Assembly (NCBI GenBank): GCA_050184075.1
Contig: JBFXAS010000003.1
Coordinates: forward strand, 1,856-65,855
DNA: 64,000 bases
Reading direction: 5' to 3'
DNA from: Gemmatimonadales bacterium
GTDB taxonomy: Bacteria; Gemmatimonadota; Gemmatimonadetes; Gemmatimonadales; GWC2-71-9
The number at the start of each line of letters is the position of its first letter. Position 1 is the stretch's first letter. The notes under the pieces were generated by a model that saw only the letters and a list, made by a program, of their open reading frames with translations, did no database searches and had not been told where the DNA came from. Position numbers and translations under genes: made by a program. Shown here one piece after another: positions 29,398 to 37,814 of the stretch.

Positions 29398-29449
29398 TTC
29401 TCTTGACGATCGAGAGAAGCAGCTTCACCTTACTCTCGACCATCAAGAG
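29398..29449 (+). promoter_or_regulatory. paired dyad sites upstream of PadR-1 (candidate operators)
   Basis: Site 1 is TTCTCT-TGACGATCG-AGAGAA (29398..29418). Site 2 is CTCT-CGACCATCA-AGAG (29433..29449). Their centres are 33 bp apart. The 17-mers CTCTTGACGATCGAGAG and CTCTCGACCATCAAGAG are also inverted copies of each other (15/17). Site 2 overlaps the SD AGAGGAG of GTG 29459. Confidence 0.5.
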
Positions 29450-29458
29450 GAGAAGACG

Positions 29459-29812
29459 GTGGCCACGGAACGCACGGACCTGCCTCAGGGCACCATGGAG
29501 TTGCTGGTGCTCCAGATCCTGTCCCATGCCCCGATGCACGGCTGGGGCATCACCCAGCGGATCGAGCAGCTCTCCGCCCAGGCGCTCCAGGTCAACCAGG
29601 GCACCCTCTATCCCGCGCTCGAGCGGATAAAGCGCAAAGGCTGGATCCGCTCCGAGTGGCGGATCACCGAGAACAACCGGCGCGCCCGGTACTACGAGCT
29701 GACCCCGGCCGGGCGCCGCCAGCTGGTGGTCGAGCGGGCGGCCTGGGAGCGCTCCAGCGGCGCGGTGAACGGAATTCTCCGCTGGGCGCCCGAGGCGGGA
29801 GGCGCTCGATGA
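29459..29812 (+). CDS. PadR family transcriptional regulator
   Basis: 117 aa. LLVLQILSHAPMHGWGITQRIEQLS...NQGTLYPALERIKRKGWIRSEW...RRARYYELTPAGRRQL is canonical PadR. Confidence 0.9.
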   Translation: MATERTDLPQGTMELLVLQILSHAPMHGWGITQRIEQLSAQALQVNQGTLYPALERIKRKGWIRSEWRITENNRRARYYELTPAGRRQLVVERAAWERSSGAVNGILRWAPEAGGAR

Positions 29813-32511
29813 GCTTCTTCTCCGACCTCCGCGCCCGGCTGGGCTCGCTCTTCGGACGGGCCCGGGCCGACCGCGAGCTCAACGAAGAGCTCCGCTTCCA
29901 CGTCGCCATGCAGGCCGAGGCGCTCGAGCGCGAGGGCGTCCCGCCGGAAGAGGCGCGGCGTAGAGCGCTGATCGCGCTCGGCCGAATCGCCCAGACCGAG
30001 GAGGAGACCCGGGACGCGCGCGGGCTCCGCTGGCTCGAGGACCTGATCCGCGACCTGCGGCACGCAAGGCGGCAGCTGTTCCGCACCCCGGGCTTCACCC
30101 TGACCGGGATTCTCACGCTGGGCCTCGGCATCGGCGCCACGACCGCGATCTTCAGCGTGGTCGATCAGGTCCTCCTCCGCCGGGTTCCGTTCGATGATCC
30201 GAGCCGGCTGGTGATGGTCTGGGAGACCGATCGCCGGAGCGGGACCTCGCACGAGCCCTCGGCCTGGCCCGACTTCGTCGACTTCCGGGCGCGGGCGACG
30301 ACGCTGAGCGGCATGGCCACCTTCCGTGGCGCGGTCGGCAACCTGACGCCGCTCGAAGGTCCGCCCGTGCGAGTGGCCGCCATGCTGGTGAGTCACGAGT
30401 ACTTCCCGCTCCTCGGGGTGAAGCCGCTCCTCGGCCGGTTGTTCGACGCGGAGGAGGATCAGCCGGGCGGAGCGCAGGTCGTGCTGTTGGGCGAGACCCT
30501 TTGGCGGACGCGCTACGCGGCGGATCATGCGGTGATCGGCCGAAACGTCCGGATCAACGAGAGCAACTTCCAGGTGATCGGGGTGATGCCGGCGAGCGCC
30601 GACTTCGGGCTCGACCAGATCCACGAGCGAGCGGACTATCACACCCAGTACCTCGCGCCCGGGCGGGTGGAGGTCTGGCTCCCGGGGTCGGGTAGCGAGC
30701 GGGTGGACTCGCGGCAGACCCACCCCTTCCTCCAGATCGGTCGGCTTGCGCCAGGCGCCGACCTCGACGCCGCGACCGAGGAGCTCGGTCGGATCGCCGG
30801 GGACCTCGAGGCGGAGTATCCCAGCTCGAACACGGGTCGGGGCGCCAACGTCGAGTCGCTCGACGCGGTCGTGTTCGGTCCGGTGCGACCGGTGCTGCTG
30901 CTTCTGGTGGTGGCGGTGGCGCTGGTGCTGGTGGTCGCCTGCGTCAACGTGGCCAATCTGCTGCTCGCGCGGGGCGCGACCCGCGCGACGGAGATCGCCG
31001 TGCGGAGCGCGCTCGGGGCCGGCAGCCACCGCCTCGGCCGGCAGTTCCTCGTCGAGGCCCTGCTGCTCGCCGGGCTGGGTGGGTTGGTCGGCGTGGGACT
31101 CGCCTGGGGCGGACTGCGCGCGCTCGGGGGCCTGTTGCCTGCGGACCTGCCGCGGGCGGATCAGATCGGACTCGATCTCTCGGTGCTCGGGGTGAGTCTG
31201 GTGGTCACCCTCGCGGTCGGGCTCGTCTTCGGCTGGGTGCCGACGCTACAGGCCCGGCGGGTCGATCCGATGAACGCGATTCGCGGCGAAGGGGGCAGCA
31301 AGGGCGGCGGCCGGTCGCGGACCCGCTTGCGGGAGATGCTGGTCGTGGCCGAGCTGGCACTCTCGGTGGCGCTGGTGCTCTCGGCGGGCCTTCTGGTGCG
31401 GAGCCTCTGGACGGTGCTCCGGGTCGACCCCGGCTTCGAGGTCGAGCGGGTGGTGAAGGCCGAGTATCAGCTGCCCCAGAGCCGCTATCCGCGGGACTTC
31501 TCGCGCTGGCCCGCGATCGACGAGATCCAGAGCTTCAACCGCCAGCTACTCGACGAGGCCGCTCGGATTCCCGGCGCCGAGTCGGTGGCGCTGGCGGGTG
31601 CGCATCCTCTCGATCGGGGCTTCACCAACTCGTTCGTGGTGGTCGGCCGCGAGGCGGAGTCGGAGAACTGGCCCGAGCTCGCGCTCCGGGTCGTGAGTCC
31701 GGCCTATTTCGAAACCATGGGCCTCACCCTGACGGCGGGCCGGCTGATCGACGGCCGGGACCGGGTGGACGGTCCGCCCGTGGCGATGATCAACGAGGCG
31801 GCGCGGCGCCGGTTCTTCGAGGACCGCGATCCGGTCGGCCAGCAGATCCGGTTCTGGGGCACCAACCGCGAGGTGGTGGGCGTGGTGAGCGACGAGCGCT
31901 TCTATGGCGTGACCGAGGAGGCGCCGCCCGCCACCTACGTGCCGCTGGTGCAGGCGCCGATGCAGGGCGGCGCCCTGCTGGTGCGGATGGGCGCCGACCC
32001 CCGGCCCGCCGGCCCGCTGCTGCGCGAGGCGATCCGGGCGATCGATCCGGAGCTCGCGGTATACGGGGTCGAGCCGCTCGCGGAGACGCTGCGCGCGTCG
32101 GTGGCGGAGCGTCGCTTCACGGCGCTCCTGATCGGTCTCTTTGCGGCGATCACGGTGCTCCTGGCCCTGGTCGGCATCCACGGCGTAATCAGCTACGCCA
32201 CCGCGCAGCGATCGCAGGAGATCGGGCTCCGGGTGGCGCTGGGCGCGACCGGCGGCCAGGTGACCGGGATGGTGATGCGAAGCGGGCTCGTGCTGGCGGT
32301 GGTCGGCACCGGACTCGGCCTGATCGGAGCGATGATCGGGAGCGCGCTGCTCCGGGGCTTGCTCTTCGGGGTGGGCCGGTTCGACCCGCTCACGTACCTG
32401 GTGGTGCCGGTCATCGTGCTGGCCGCCACCGCCCTGGCCACGCTGCTGCCCGCGCTCCGCGCGTCGCGCGCGGAGCCGGTCGAGGTGCTGCGCGGAGCGG
32501 CGGGGCCGTAG
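29809..32511 (+). CDS. duplicated FtsX/MacB-type ABC permease (ADOP family)
   Basis: Trimmed to ATG 29809 (ATGA overlap with PadR). The N-terminus MSFFSDLRARLGSLFGRARADRELNEELRFHV is typical of ADOP proteins. There are two MacB-periplasmic plus FtsX modules. No ATPase gene is adjacent. Confidence 0.88.
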   Translation: MSFFSDLRARLGSLFGRARADRELNEELRFHVAMQAEALEREGVPPEEARRRALIALGRIAQTEEETRDARGLRWLEDLIRDLRHARRQLFRTPGFTLTGILTLGLGIGATTAIFSVVDQVLLRRVPFDDPSRLVMVWETDRRSGTSHEPSAWPDFVDFRARATTLSGMATFRGAVGNLTPLEGPPVRVAAMLVSHEYFPLLGVKPLLGRLFDAEEDQPGGAQVVLLGETLWRTRYAADHAVIGRNVRINESNFQVIGVMPASADFGLDQIHERADYHTQYLAPGRVEVWLPGSGSERVDSRQTHPFLQIGRLAPGADLDAATEELGRIAGDLEAEYPSSNTGRGANVESLDAVVFGPVRPVLLLLVVAVALVLVVACVNVANLLLARGATRATEIAVRSALGAGSHRLGRQFLVEALLLAGLGGLVGVGLAWGGLRALGGLLPADLPRADQIGLDLSVLGVSLVVTLAVGLVFGWVPTLQARRVDPMNAIRGEGGSKGGGRSRTRLREMLVVAELALSVALVLSAGLLVRSLWTVLRVDPGFEVERVVKAEYQLPQSRYPRDFSRWPAIDEIQSFNRQLLDEAARIPGAESVALAGAHPLDRGFTNSFVVVGREAESENWPELALRVVSPAYFETMGLTLTAGRLIDGRDRVDGPPVAMINEAARRRFFEDRDPVGQQIRFWGTNREVVGVVSDERFYGVTEEAPPATYVPLVQAPMQGGALLVRMGADPRPAGPLLREAIRAIDPELAVYGVEPLAETLRASVAERRFTALLIGLFAAITVLLALVGIHGVISYATAQRSQEIGLRVALGATGGQVTGMVMRSGLVLAVVGTGLGLIGAMIGSALLRGLLFGVGRFDPLTYLVVPVIVLAATALATLLPALRASRAEPVEVLRGAAGP

Positions 32512-32514
32512 CGG

Positions 32515-35184
32515 TCAGAGACTCAGCCAGTAGTTGAGCTTGACCAACAGCACGTTGCTCGACGGCGAGCGGAAGATGTCTCCCACCCGCTCGCCGAATC
32601 GGAAGCGTCCGTCGGCGAGGTAGTCGCTCCGGCCGTGCTGCCAGACCAGGAAGAGCGTGGAGCCGAGCAGGTACTCCCAGCGGAGCACCACGTTGGAGCG
32701 GAGCGAGAGCACGGTGAAGTCGGGGTTCTCCAGCGTCAGGTCCGTGGCGCCGTCTTGGTCCACGTCGATCGTCACCTCGCCGTTCGCCCCGCGGGTGGCG
32801 GCGCCGCCGAAGGGGTCGAAGCGATCCGCGAAGCGGTCGGCGCGCGGCGCGGTGACCCGCTTGAACCCCTGGTAGCTCCCGCTCGAGACGAAGGGCTGGG
32901 CGTAGACCTGGAGCGAGAGCGACGGGCTGAAGGTGACGTTGGAGCGGAGCGTCAGCGACGCGGTGCGCTGGGTCAGCTCGCCGAACAGATAGACCGGCTC
33001 CCCTTCGACGGTGGGCGTGTCGAGGTACTGCCAGGCATCCTTGTTGTAGTTGAAGTTGGGACCGAGGCGCAGCTCGACGTTCGACGACGGTCGCCACGCG
33101 AGACCGAAGCCGATGCCGGCGTTCGTTCCCGCGCCCTCGTCTCTGACGTTGAAGTTGCCGAAGACGTCGGCCGAGACCGCGCGCCGGTCATCGGTGGAGA
33201 GCCCGAACCAGCCGTTCACGTTACCCGGCGTGCGAATGGCCGGCCCGCCGCGGAGCGCGGTCGTGCTCAGCCCCTCGAGGTTCCGGTTCAGGCCGAACCA
33301 CCCGCCCCAGTAGTTGAGCGTCGTGAAGTTGACGTTGAAGTTGGCGCCGAAGGAGCGTCGCTCGCCGCCGAAGGTCCAACCCGCCCACTGATTCAGGTTG
33401 AGATTGAAGCGCCGGAACACCGAGCCCGGCGTGAGCCAGCGACGATTGATCCAGACGCCCTGACTCAAGCGATCCGACTCGCGCTGAAAACCGAGGTCGT
33501 TGACCTCGAATCCGGGCGAGCGCGCCTCGCCGCCCACGTTGAAGCGCCAGTTGCCCGCGGTGCGGCCGCCGTTGAGCGCGACCGTGTATCCCGACAGCGA
33601 GGTCCGGGTGGGGTCGAAGTCGAGGTGCTCGGCGTCGGGCCGTTGGTAATAGTGGGTCGAGGCTTGCTGGGTCCGGGCGATCGCCTCGGGCGAGCCGTCC
33701 ACCCGGCTCCCGACCACCCGACCGCTCACCTGGTAGGTATTGTCGGCGAAGCGGTGCGACCAGTTGATCCCGCCGGTGTACGCGCTCGAGTGGAGCCAAT
33801 CGAGCTCGGGCGCGAGCGAGCGCTGCACCGTGGTGCCGAAGACCCCGATCACGGTCTGGCCACCGCGAAGCTCCCGAGCGAGCCGGAAGACCCCGTAGCC
33901 GGTGCCCGGCTCGACCGGATCGCGGTGCGGCAGCCCGGCGTCGTCGACCACCCGAGCCCGCTCCGCCTGGGTGACCGCGCCCAGCGCGCCGATGGTCCAG
34001 CCGCTCCTGGTCTTTCCCGAGAGCTTTGCCGCGCCCAGGATCGTGGTCTGGGCGATCGACTCGGCGTAGCCGCCGCGGGGATCGGCTTCGCCCTGCGGCG
34101 CCCGGCCGATGCGCCGGGTGTAGAACAGCTCCTCGTTGGCCCCGTCACCGTCACCATCGGCGAGCCGGAAGCGAAAGATGTCGAGTCCCTCGGTGAAGAA
34201 GGGGCGCCGCTCCGCAAAGAAGCTCTCGAAGGCCGAGAGGTTGACCACGGCCGGATCGGCTTCGACCTGGCCGAAGTCCGGGTTGATCGTGGCCGTGAGC
34301 GTGAGTCCGGAGGTGACGCCGACCTTGAGGTCGCCGCCCGCGGTCGCCGTGCGCTCGATGCCGGTGTGGAACGGATCGCCGGCCACGGCCGGGCGGGCGA
34401 AGTTGCTCGCGGCGACGTACGGTTGCACCTCGATCCGTCGAGGCGGCTCGATCCCCGCGAGGCCGGTGAGATCGCCGAAGAGCGACACGGCGCCCGAGGC
34501 GTCCCTCGGCATGAGCCGCCACTGCTGGGTCTCGTTGAGTCTGGTGATCCGCCGGGAGAGATTGAAGCCGAAGGTGTTGCTGGGCGAGCGAGAAAAGCGC
34601 AGCTGGCCGAAGGGAATCCTGAACTCCGCCGTCCAGCCCGCGGAATCGATCGCCACCTGGGCGTCCCAGACGGCGTCCCAGCGGCCGTCCTCGCTATTGT
34701 CGTTGAAGAGATAGGCGTCGCGCTTGACCCCGGCCGCGTTGACCGTGAACGAAAAGCCGGTGCGGCGGTCGTAGTAGGAGTCGATCATCACCGTGATCTC
34801 GTCGGACGGCGACCAATCGTCCCGCCGGGAGAGCAGCGCGGCGATCTGCTCGGGGCGTGTGTCCGCTGCCCGAACGCCGACGTAGAGCGCGGCGTCCGAA
34901 TAGACCACCTGGAACTCGGTCGTCTCGGTACCCGCCTGTCCTTCGTGCGGATCCCGCTGGGTGAAGCTGCCGAATCGGGGGGCCGTCTGCCAGACCGGGT
35001 CGTCGAGCCTGCCGTCCACCTTGGGGGCCGCCGGCAGGGCGCGGACGGCCGTCGCCACCGCGGCTCCCGGGGTCTTACGATGCTCGTCGGCTCCCTGGGC
35101 CGCGAGGGGGCTCGCCAGCATCAGGGCGAACAGCCCGAACCCGCTCCACGCGCCTCGCTCGATCACGGCCCCTCCGACTGCCAT
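32515..35184 (-). CDS. CBM9-like / DUF5916 outer-membrane protein
   Basis: 889 aa. Signal peptide, then VDGRLDDPVWQTAPRFGSFTQRDPHEGQ...GWTAEFRIPFGQLRF (CBM9-like N-domain) and a long beta-rich C-terminus ending LVKLNYWLSL. Confidence 0.8.
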   Translation of the reverse strand: MAVGGAVIERGAWSGFGLFALMLASPLAAQGADEHRKTPGAAVATAVRALPAAPKVDGRLDDPVWQTAPRFGSFTQRDPHEGQAGTETTEFQVVYSDAALYVGVRAADTRPEQIAALLSRRDDWSPSDEITVMIDSYYDRRTGFSFTVNAAGVKRDAYLFNDNSEDGRWDAVWDAQVAIDSAGWTAEFRIPFGQLRFSRSPSNTFGFNLSRRITRLNETQQWRLMPRDASGAVSLFGDLTGLAGIEPPRRIEVQPYVAASNFARPAVAGDPFHTGIERTATAGGDLKVGVTSGLTLTATINPDFGQVEADPAVVNLSAFESFFAERRPFFTEGLDIFRFRLADGDGDGANEELFYTRRIGRAPQGEADPRGGYAESIAQTTILGAAKLSGKTRSGWTIGALGAVTQAERARVVDDAGLPHRDPVEPGTGYGVFRLARELRGGQTVIGVFGTTVQRSLAPELDWLHSSAYTGGINWSHRFADNTYQVSGRVVGSRVDGSPEAIARTQQASTHYYQRPDAEHLDFDPTRTSLSGYTVALNGGRTAGNWRFNVGGEARSPGFEVNDLGFQRESDRLSQGVWINRRWLTPGSVFRRFNLNLNQWAGWTFGGERRSFGANFNVNFTTLNYWGGWFGLNRNLEGLSTTALRGGPAIRTPGNVNGWFGLSTDDRRAVSADVFGNFNVRDEGAGTNAGIGFGLAWRPSSNVELRLGPNFNYNKDAWQYLDTPTVEGEPVYLFGELTQRTASLTLRSNVTFSPSLSLQVYAQPFVSSGSYQGFKRVTAPRADRFADRFDPFGGAATRGANGEVTIDVDQDGATDLTLENPDFTVLSLRSNVVLRWEYLLGSTLFLVWQHGRSDYLADGRFRFGERVGDIFRSPSSNVLLVKLNYWLSL

Positions 35185-35482
35185 TTCGACGTTTGCGGAG
35201 GGTTAGACCCCGTCCCGGTCTGGAACGTTGCAAACGCGAGCGGGTAGCCTGCTTCCCGGGGATCAGTCGGGGGTCTCCACCCGTGACCTTTTCGGCCAGC
35301 TCGCGCCTGCCGGGACGGTTGGGCTTGCCATGTCCCGCGGCTGATCGGCTCGATGCCCGCGACTCGCGGCGCAGCGGACGGACGAGTGCCCCGAGCGGAG
35401 GGCCCCGACGATGGACCCGGGTCATCGGCTCGGAGGGTCGGGCCGCTTCGGAGGAGCTCGGATTGCGGGCGGAGCGTGACTG

Positions 35483-35511
35483 TTGACAGGGCAGACGGTT
35501 GGCAGGAAGAT
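35483..35511 (+). promoter_or_regulatory. candidate sigma70-type promoter of the HD-domain gene
   Basis: TTGACA (35483..35488), 17 nt, GAAGAT (35506..35511), about 44 nt before ATG 35555, which has AAGGGAGAG upstream. Confidence 0.4.
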
Positions 35512-35554
35512 GGGAGCGGATCGACGCCAAATCCCAAGGGAGAGCGAGACCACC

Positions 35555-36145
35555 ATGGACACCGTGAGCTTCACCCGGATGAAGGACGGCACCCGCGAGG
35601 ACTATGTGCTGATCGAGCAGTTCGAGGCCAAGCATGCCGAGGGGCTGGTGGACCGGCTGCTCGGGCAGCTCAGGGCGCTGGCGGACGAGCCGCTGCCGCT
35701 CAAGGTCGATCGCCTCGAGCACTCGCTGCAGACGGCGACCCGCGCTCACCGCGACGGCGCCGACGAAGAGCTGGTGGTGGCGGCCCTGCTGCACGACATC
35801 GGCGACGAGCTGGCGCCGTACAACCACTGCGAGCTCGCGGCCGCGATCCTCCGGCCGTACGTGTCGGAGCGGACCTACTGGGTGGTGAAGCACCACGGCG
35901 TCTTCCAGTCGCACTACTACGCCGCCCACTTCGGCGACGATCCCGAGGCGCGGGACCGCTATCGCGACAGCCCGCACTACGACGCCTGCGTCGAGTTCTG
36001 CGAGCGCTGGGATCAGGAGTCCTTCGATCCCTCCTACGAGAGTCTGCCGCTCGCGTTTTTCGAGCCGATGGTGCGGCGGATCTTCGCGCGGCGTCCCTTC
36101 ATGCACGACCGGGCCAACATCGGCACGGTCGGCCGGGACGCCTGA
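35555..36145 (+). CDS. HD domain protein (metal-dependent phosphohydrolase/oxygenase superfamily)
   Basis: Trimmed to ATG 35555. EHSLQTATRAHRDGADEELVVAALLHDIGDEL...VVKHHGVFQSHYY shows the H...HD...H...D pattern. Confidence 0.75.
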   Translation: MDTVSFTRMKDGTREDYVLIEQFEAKHAEGLVDRLLGQLRALADEPLPLKVDRLEHSLQTATRAHRDGADEELVVAALLHDIGDELAPYNHCELAAAILRPYVSERTYWVVKHHGVFQSHYYAAHFGDDPEARDRYRDSPHYDACVEFCERWDQESFDPSYESLPLAFFEPMVRRIFARRPFMHDRANIGTVGRDA

Positions 36146-36149
36146 GGGG

Positions 36150-36440
36150 TCATTGGAGGCCCAGGCGGGCCGCGGCGGTTGTCGCGTCCACGCCGCGGAC
36201 TTCGATCAGCTTGGTCCTGCCGCTCCCGCCGCGGGCGATCCGGACCGCGCCCGGCGGCACGCCGAGCGACCTGGCCAGGAGTCTGACGATCGCCTCGTTC
36301 GCCGCGCCGTCGACCGGCGGCGCGGCCACCCGGATCTTGAGGGCGTCGCCGTGGAGGCCGGCCAGCTCGGTCCGGCTGGCTCGGGGCTGCGCCCGGACCC
36401 GGATCCGACAGCCGCCCTCCATTGTCTCGACCGGCGTCAC
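36150..36440 (-). CDS. DUF167 (YggU) family protein
   Basis: 96 aa. RIRVRAQPRASRTELAGLHGDALKIRVAAPPVDGAANEAIVRLLARSLGV is the YggU signature. The GTG 36440 start overlaps the YggT stop (GTGA); the alternative is ATG 36422. Confidence 0.8.
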   Translation of the reverse strand: MTPVETMEGGCRIRVRAQPRASRTELAGLHGDALKIRVAAPPVDGAANEAIVRLLARSLGVPPGAVRIARGGSGRTKLIEVRGVDATTAAARLGLQ

Positions 36441-37024
36441 CGCAGCGCGCTATAGAGGATTCCGCGGACCAGCATCAGCGCCACGTAGGCCAGGAGGGGG
36501 CTCAGGTCGAGCATCCCGAACGGCGGGAGCACTCGGCGGATCGGCTTGACGAGCCAGTCGGTGAGGAAGTAGACCGGTCGCATCCAGCGGTTGAAGGGAC
36601 CGAGACCGAGCCACCCGCCGATCACCCGCACGATCAGCGCGAGCATCAGCACCCCGATCGACCAGTCCAGCGCGACCCGCACCCAGACCGCGGGCGAAGC
36701 GCTTCCGAGGGCCACCACGGTGGCGACGAGGCCCACGAGCCAGCGGGTCAGGTTGATCAGGACCAGGCCGCCGACGATGGCGAGACCCAGCAGCCAGAAG
36801 GTGGCGTCCTGCGGATTGCCGCCCCGGCGCACCAGCCGGTGCTCGATGGGGCGGAGCAGGGGGTCGCTCACCGAGCGAATCGACTTTGACCAGGCGCCGA
36901 ACGGGTCGAGCATCCGGCGTCGCACCGCCCAATGGGTGGCGGCGATCACCCCGGCCACTCCGACGGCGGCGAGCGCCACCGCCCGGGTGCCGAGATCGAC
37001 GGCTTCGGGCACTCCCACGATCAC
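36437..37024 (-). CDS. yggT: YggT family membrane protein
   Basis: Trimmed to GTG 37024 (GTGA overlap with the upstream gene). Four TM segments with two YggT-type repeats (PLLRPIEHRLV..., DWLVKPIRRVLPPFGMLDLSPLLAYV). Confidence 0.75.
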   Translation of the reverse strand: MIVGVPEAVDLGTRAVALAAVGVAGVIAATHWAVRRRMLDPFGAWSKSIRSVSDPLLRPIEHRLVRRGGNPQDATFWLLGLAIVGGLVLINLTRWLVGLVATVVALGSASPAVWVRVALDWSIGVLMLALIVRVIGGWLGLGPFNRWMRPVYFLTDWLVKPIRRVLPPFGMLDLSPLLAYVALMLVRGILYSALR

Positions 37025-37293
37025 TCGCCCGTGCAGGTCACGCTGCTTGGGACCAGGCGGCCGCACGCGATGGTGTCGTCCATCCCGCTGGCGAGCGGGC
37101 CGCAGGCCGTGGTCTGGGCCGCCTGCACCGCCGCGGCGCGATCGGCGCCCGACGCCGTGGCGCACCTCGCGCCACCCTTGAACTCGATGCAGACGGTGCA
37201 CTCGGCCCGCTGCGACCCGAGGGTCGAGTAGAGCAGGAACGCCACGAAGAGCAGGGCCGCGACCCAGAAGACGGCGGTTCGCCTCGATTTCAT
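37021..37293 (-). CDS. small membrane-anchored protein with six cysteines
   Basis: ATG 37293. MKSRRTAVFWVAALLFVAFLLYSTL, then an ectodomain with Cys at CTVC, RCAT, TACG, IACG and VTCT. High GC3. First gene of the yggT-DUF167 string. Confidence 0.55.
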   Translation of the reverse strand: MKSRRTAVFWVAALLFVAFLLYSTLGSQRAECTVCIEFKGGARCATASGADRAAAVQAAQTTACGPLASGMDDTIACGRLVPSSVTCTGE

Positions 37294-37339
37294 GGAGAGA
37301 AGATTAATCGGACTCCATCGCGGCGGGACCGGCGGCCGG

Positions 37340-37368
37340 TTGCCGGGCCCCGGTGGCCGGGCTAGCCT
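37340..37368 (+). promoter_or_regulatory. candidate promoter giving a leaderless transcript
   Basis: TTGCCG (37340..37345), 17 nt, TAGCCT (37363..37368), 6 nt, GTG 37375. There is no SD. Confidence 0.4.
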
Positions 37369-37374
37369 TCTGCC

Positions 37375-37752
37375 GTGCTCACCGTCCTCCGCCGCGCCGG
37401 GATCGGCCAGGTCCTGCTCGCGGCGCTGATCGCCACGCTCGCGCCGGCCTCGCCGGCGGGCGAGGGTCATTGCGCGGCCAACCAGGCCGTGGGGTCGGGC
37501 ATCGAGCATCAGCGCTCGCACCACCAGTCACCCACCGAGCGGCCGGCGTCCGGACACGAGGCCTGTCCCCATTGTCCCCCCGCGCAATGCGCGTCGGCCA
37601 GCCACTGTCTGGTCGTTCTCGTCGCGATGCCGGCGGTCGCGGGTCGGGCGCTCGCCGGAGCGTCGCTCGCGGGCCTTCCCATCCGCGCGCCCGCCCTCTG
37701 GCGCTCGGTCTTCGCGCCACCAGGCACGCCCCCGCCTCAAGCCACGGTCTGA
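37375..37752 (+). CDS. secreted/membrane-anchored Cys/His-rich protein (candidate metal binding)
   Basis: 125 aa. Hydrophobic N-terminus GQVLLAALIATLAPASPA, then GEGHCAANQ...HQRSHHQSP...GHEACPHCPPAQCASASHC. Composition and GC3 look coding, but the family is unknown. Confidence 0.5.
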   Translation: MLTVLRRAGIGQVLLAALIATLAPASPAGEGHCAANQAVGSGIEHQRSHHQSPTERPASGHEACPHCPPAQCASASHCLVVLVAMPAVAGRALAGASLAGLPIRAPALWRSVFAPPGTPPPQATV

Positions 37753-37814
37753 CCCTCTCGCGCCGGGGCGACGCTCCGGCCGTCCGACAGACCGTAACCC
37801 GAGGCAGATCTTTC

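Noticed and set aside
35221-35236. Sigma-54-like TGGAAC...TTGCA at 35221..35233.
   Set aside because: The GG and GC dinucleotides are 8 nt apart rather than the spacing required for a -24/-12 promoter.
35193-35486. ORFs 35193..35486(+) and 35163..35537(-) filling the DUF5916/HD spacer.
   Set aside because: Arg/Ser/Gly/Pro-rich translations, only moderate GC3 compared with neighbouring genes, and no start context. They are more likely non-coding.
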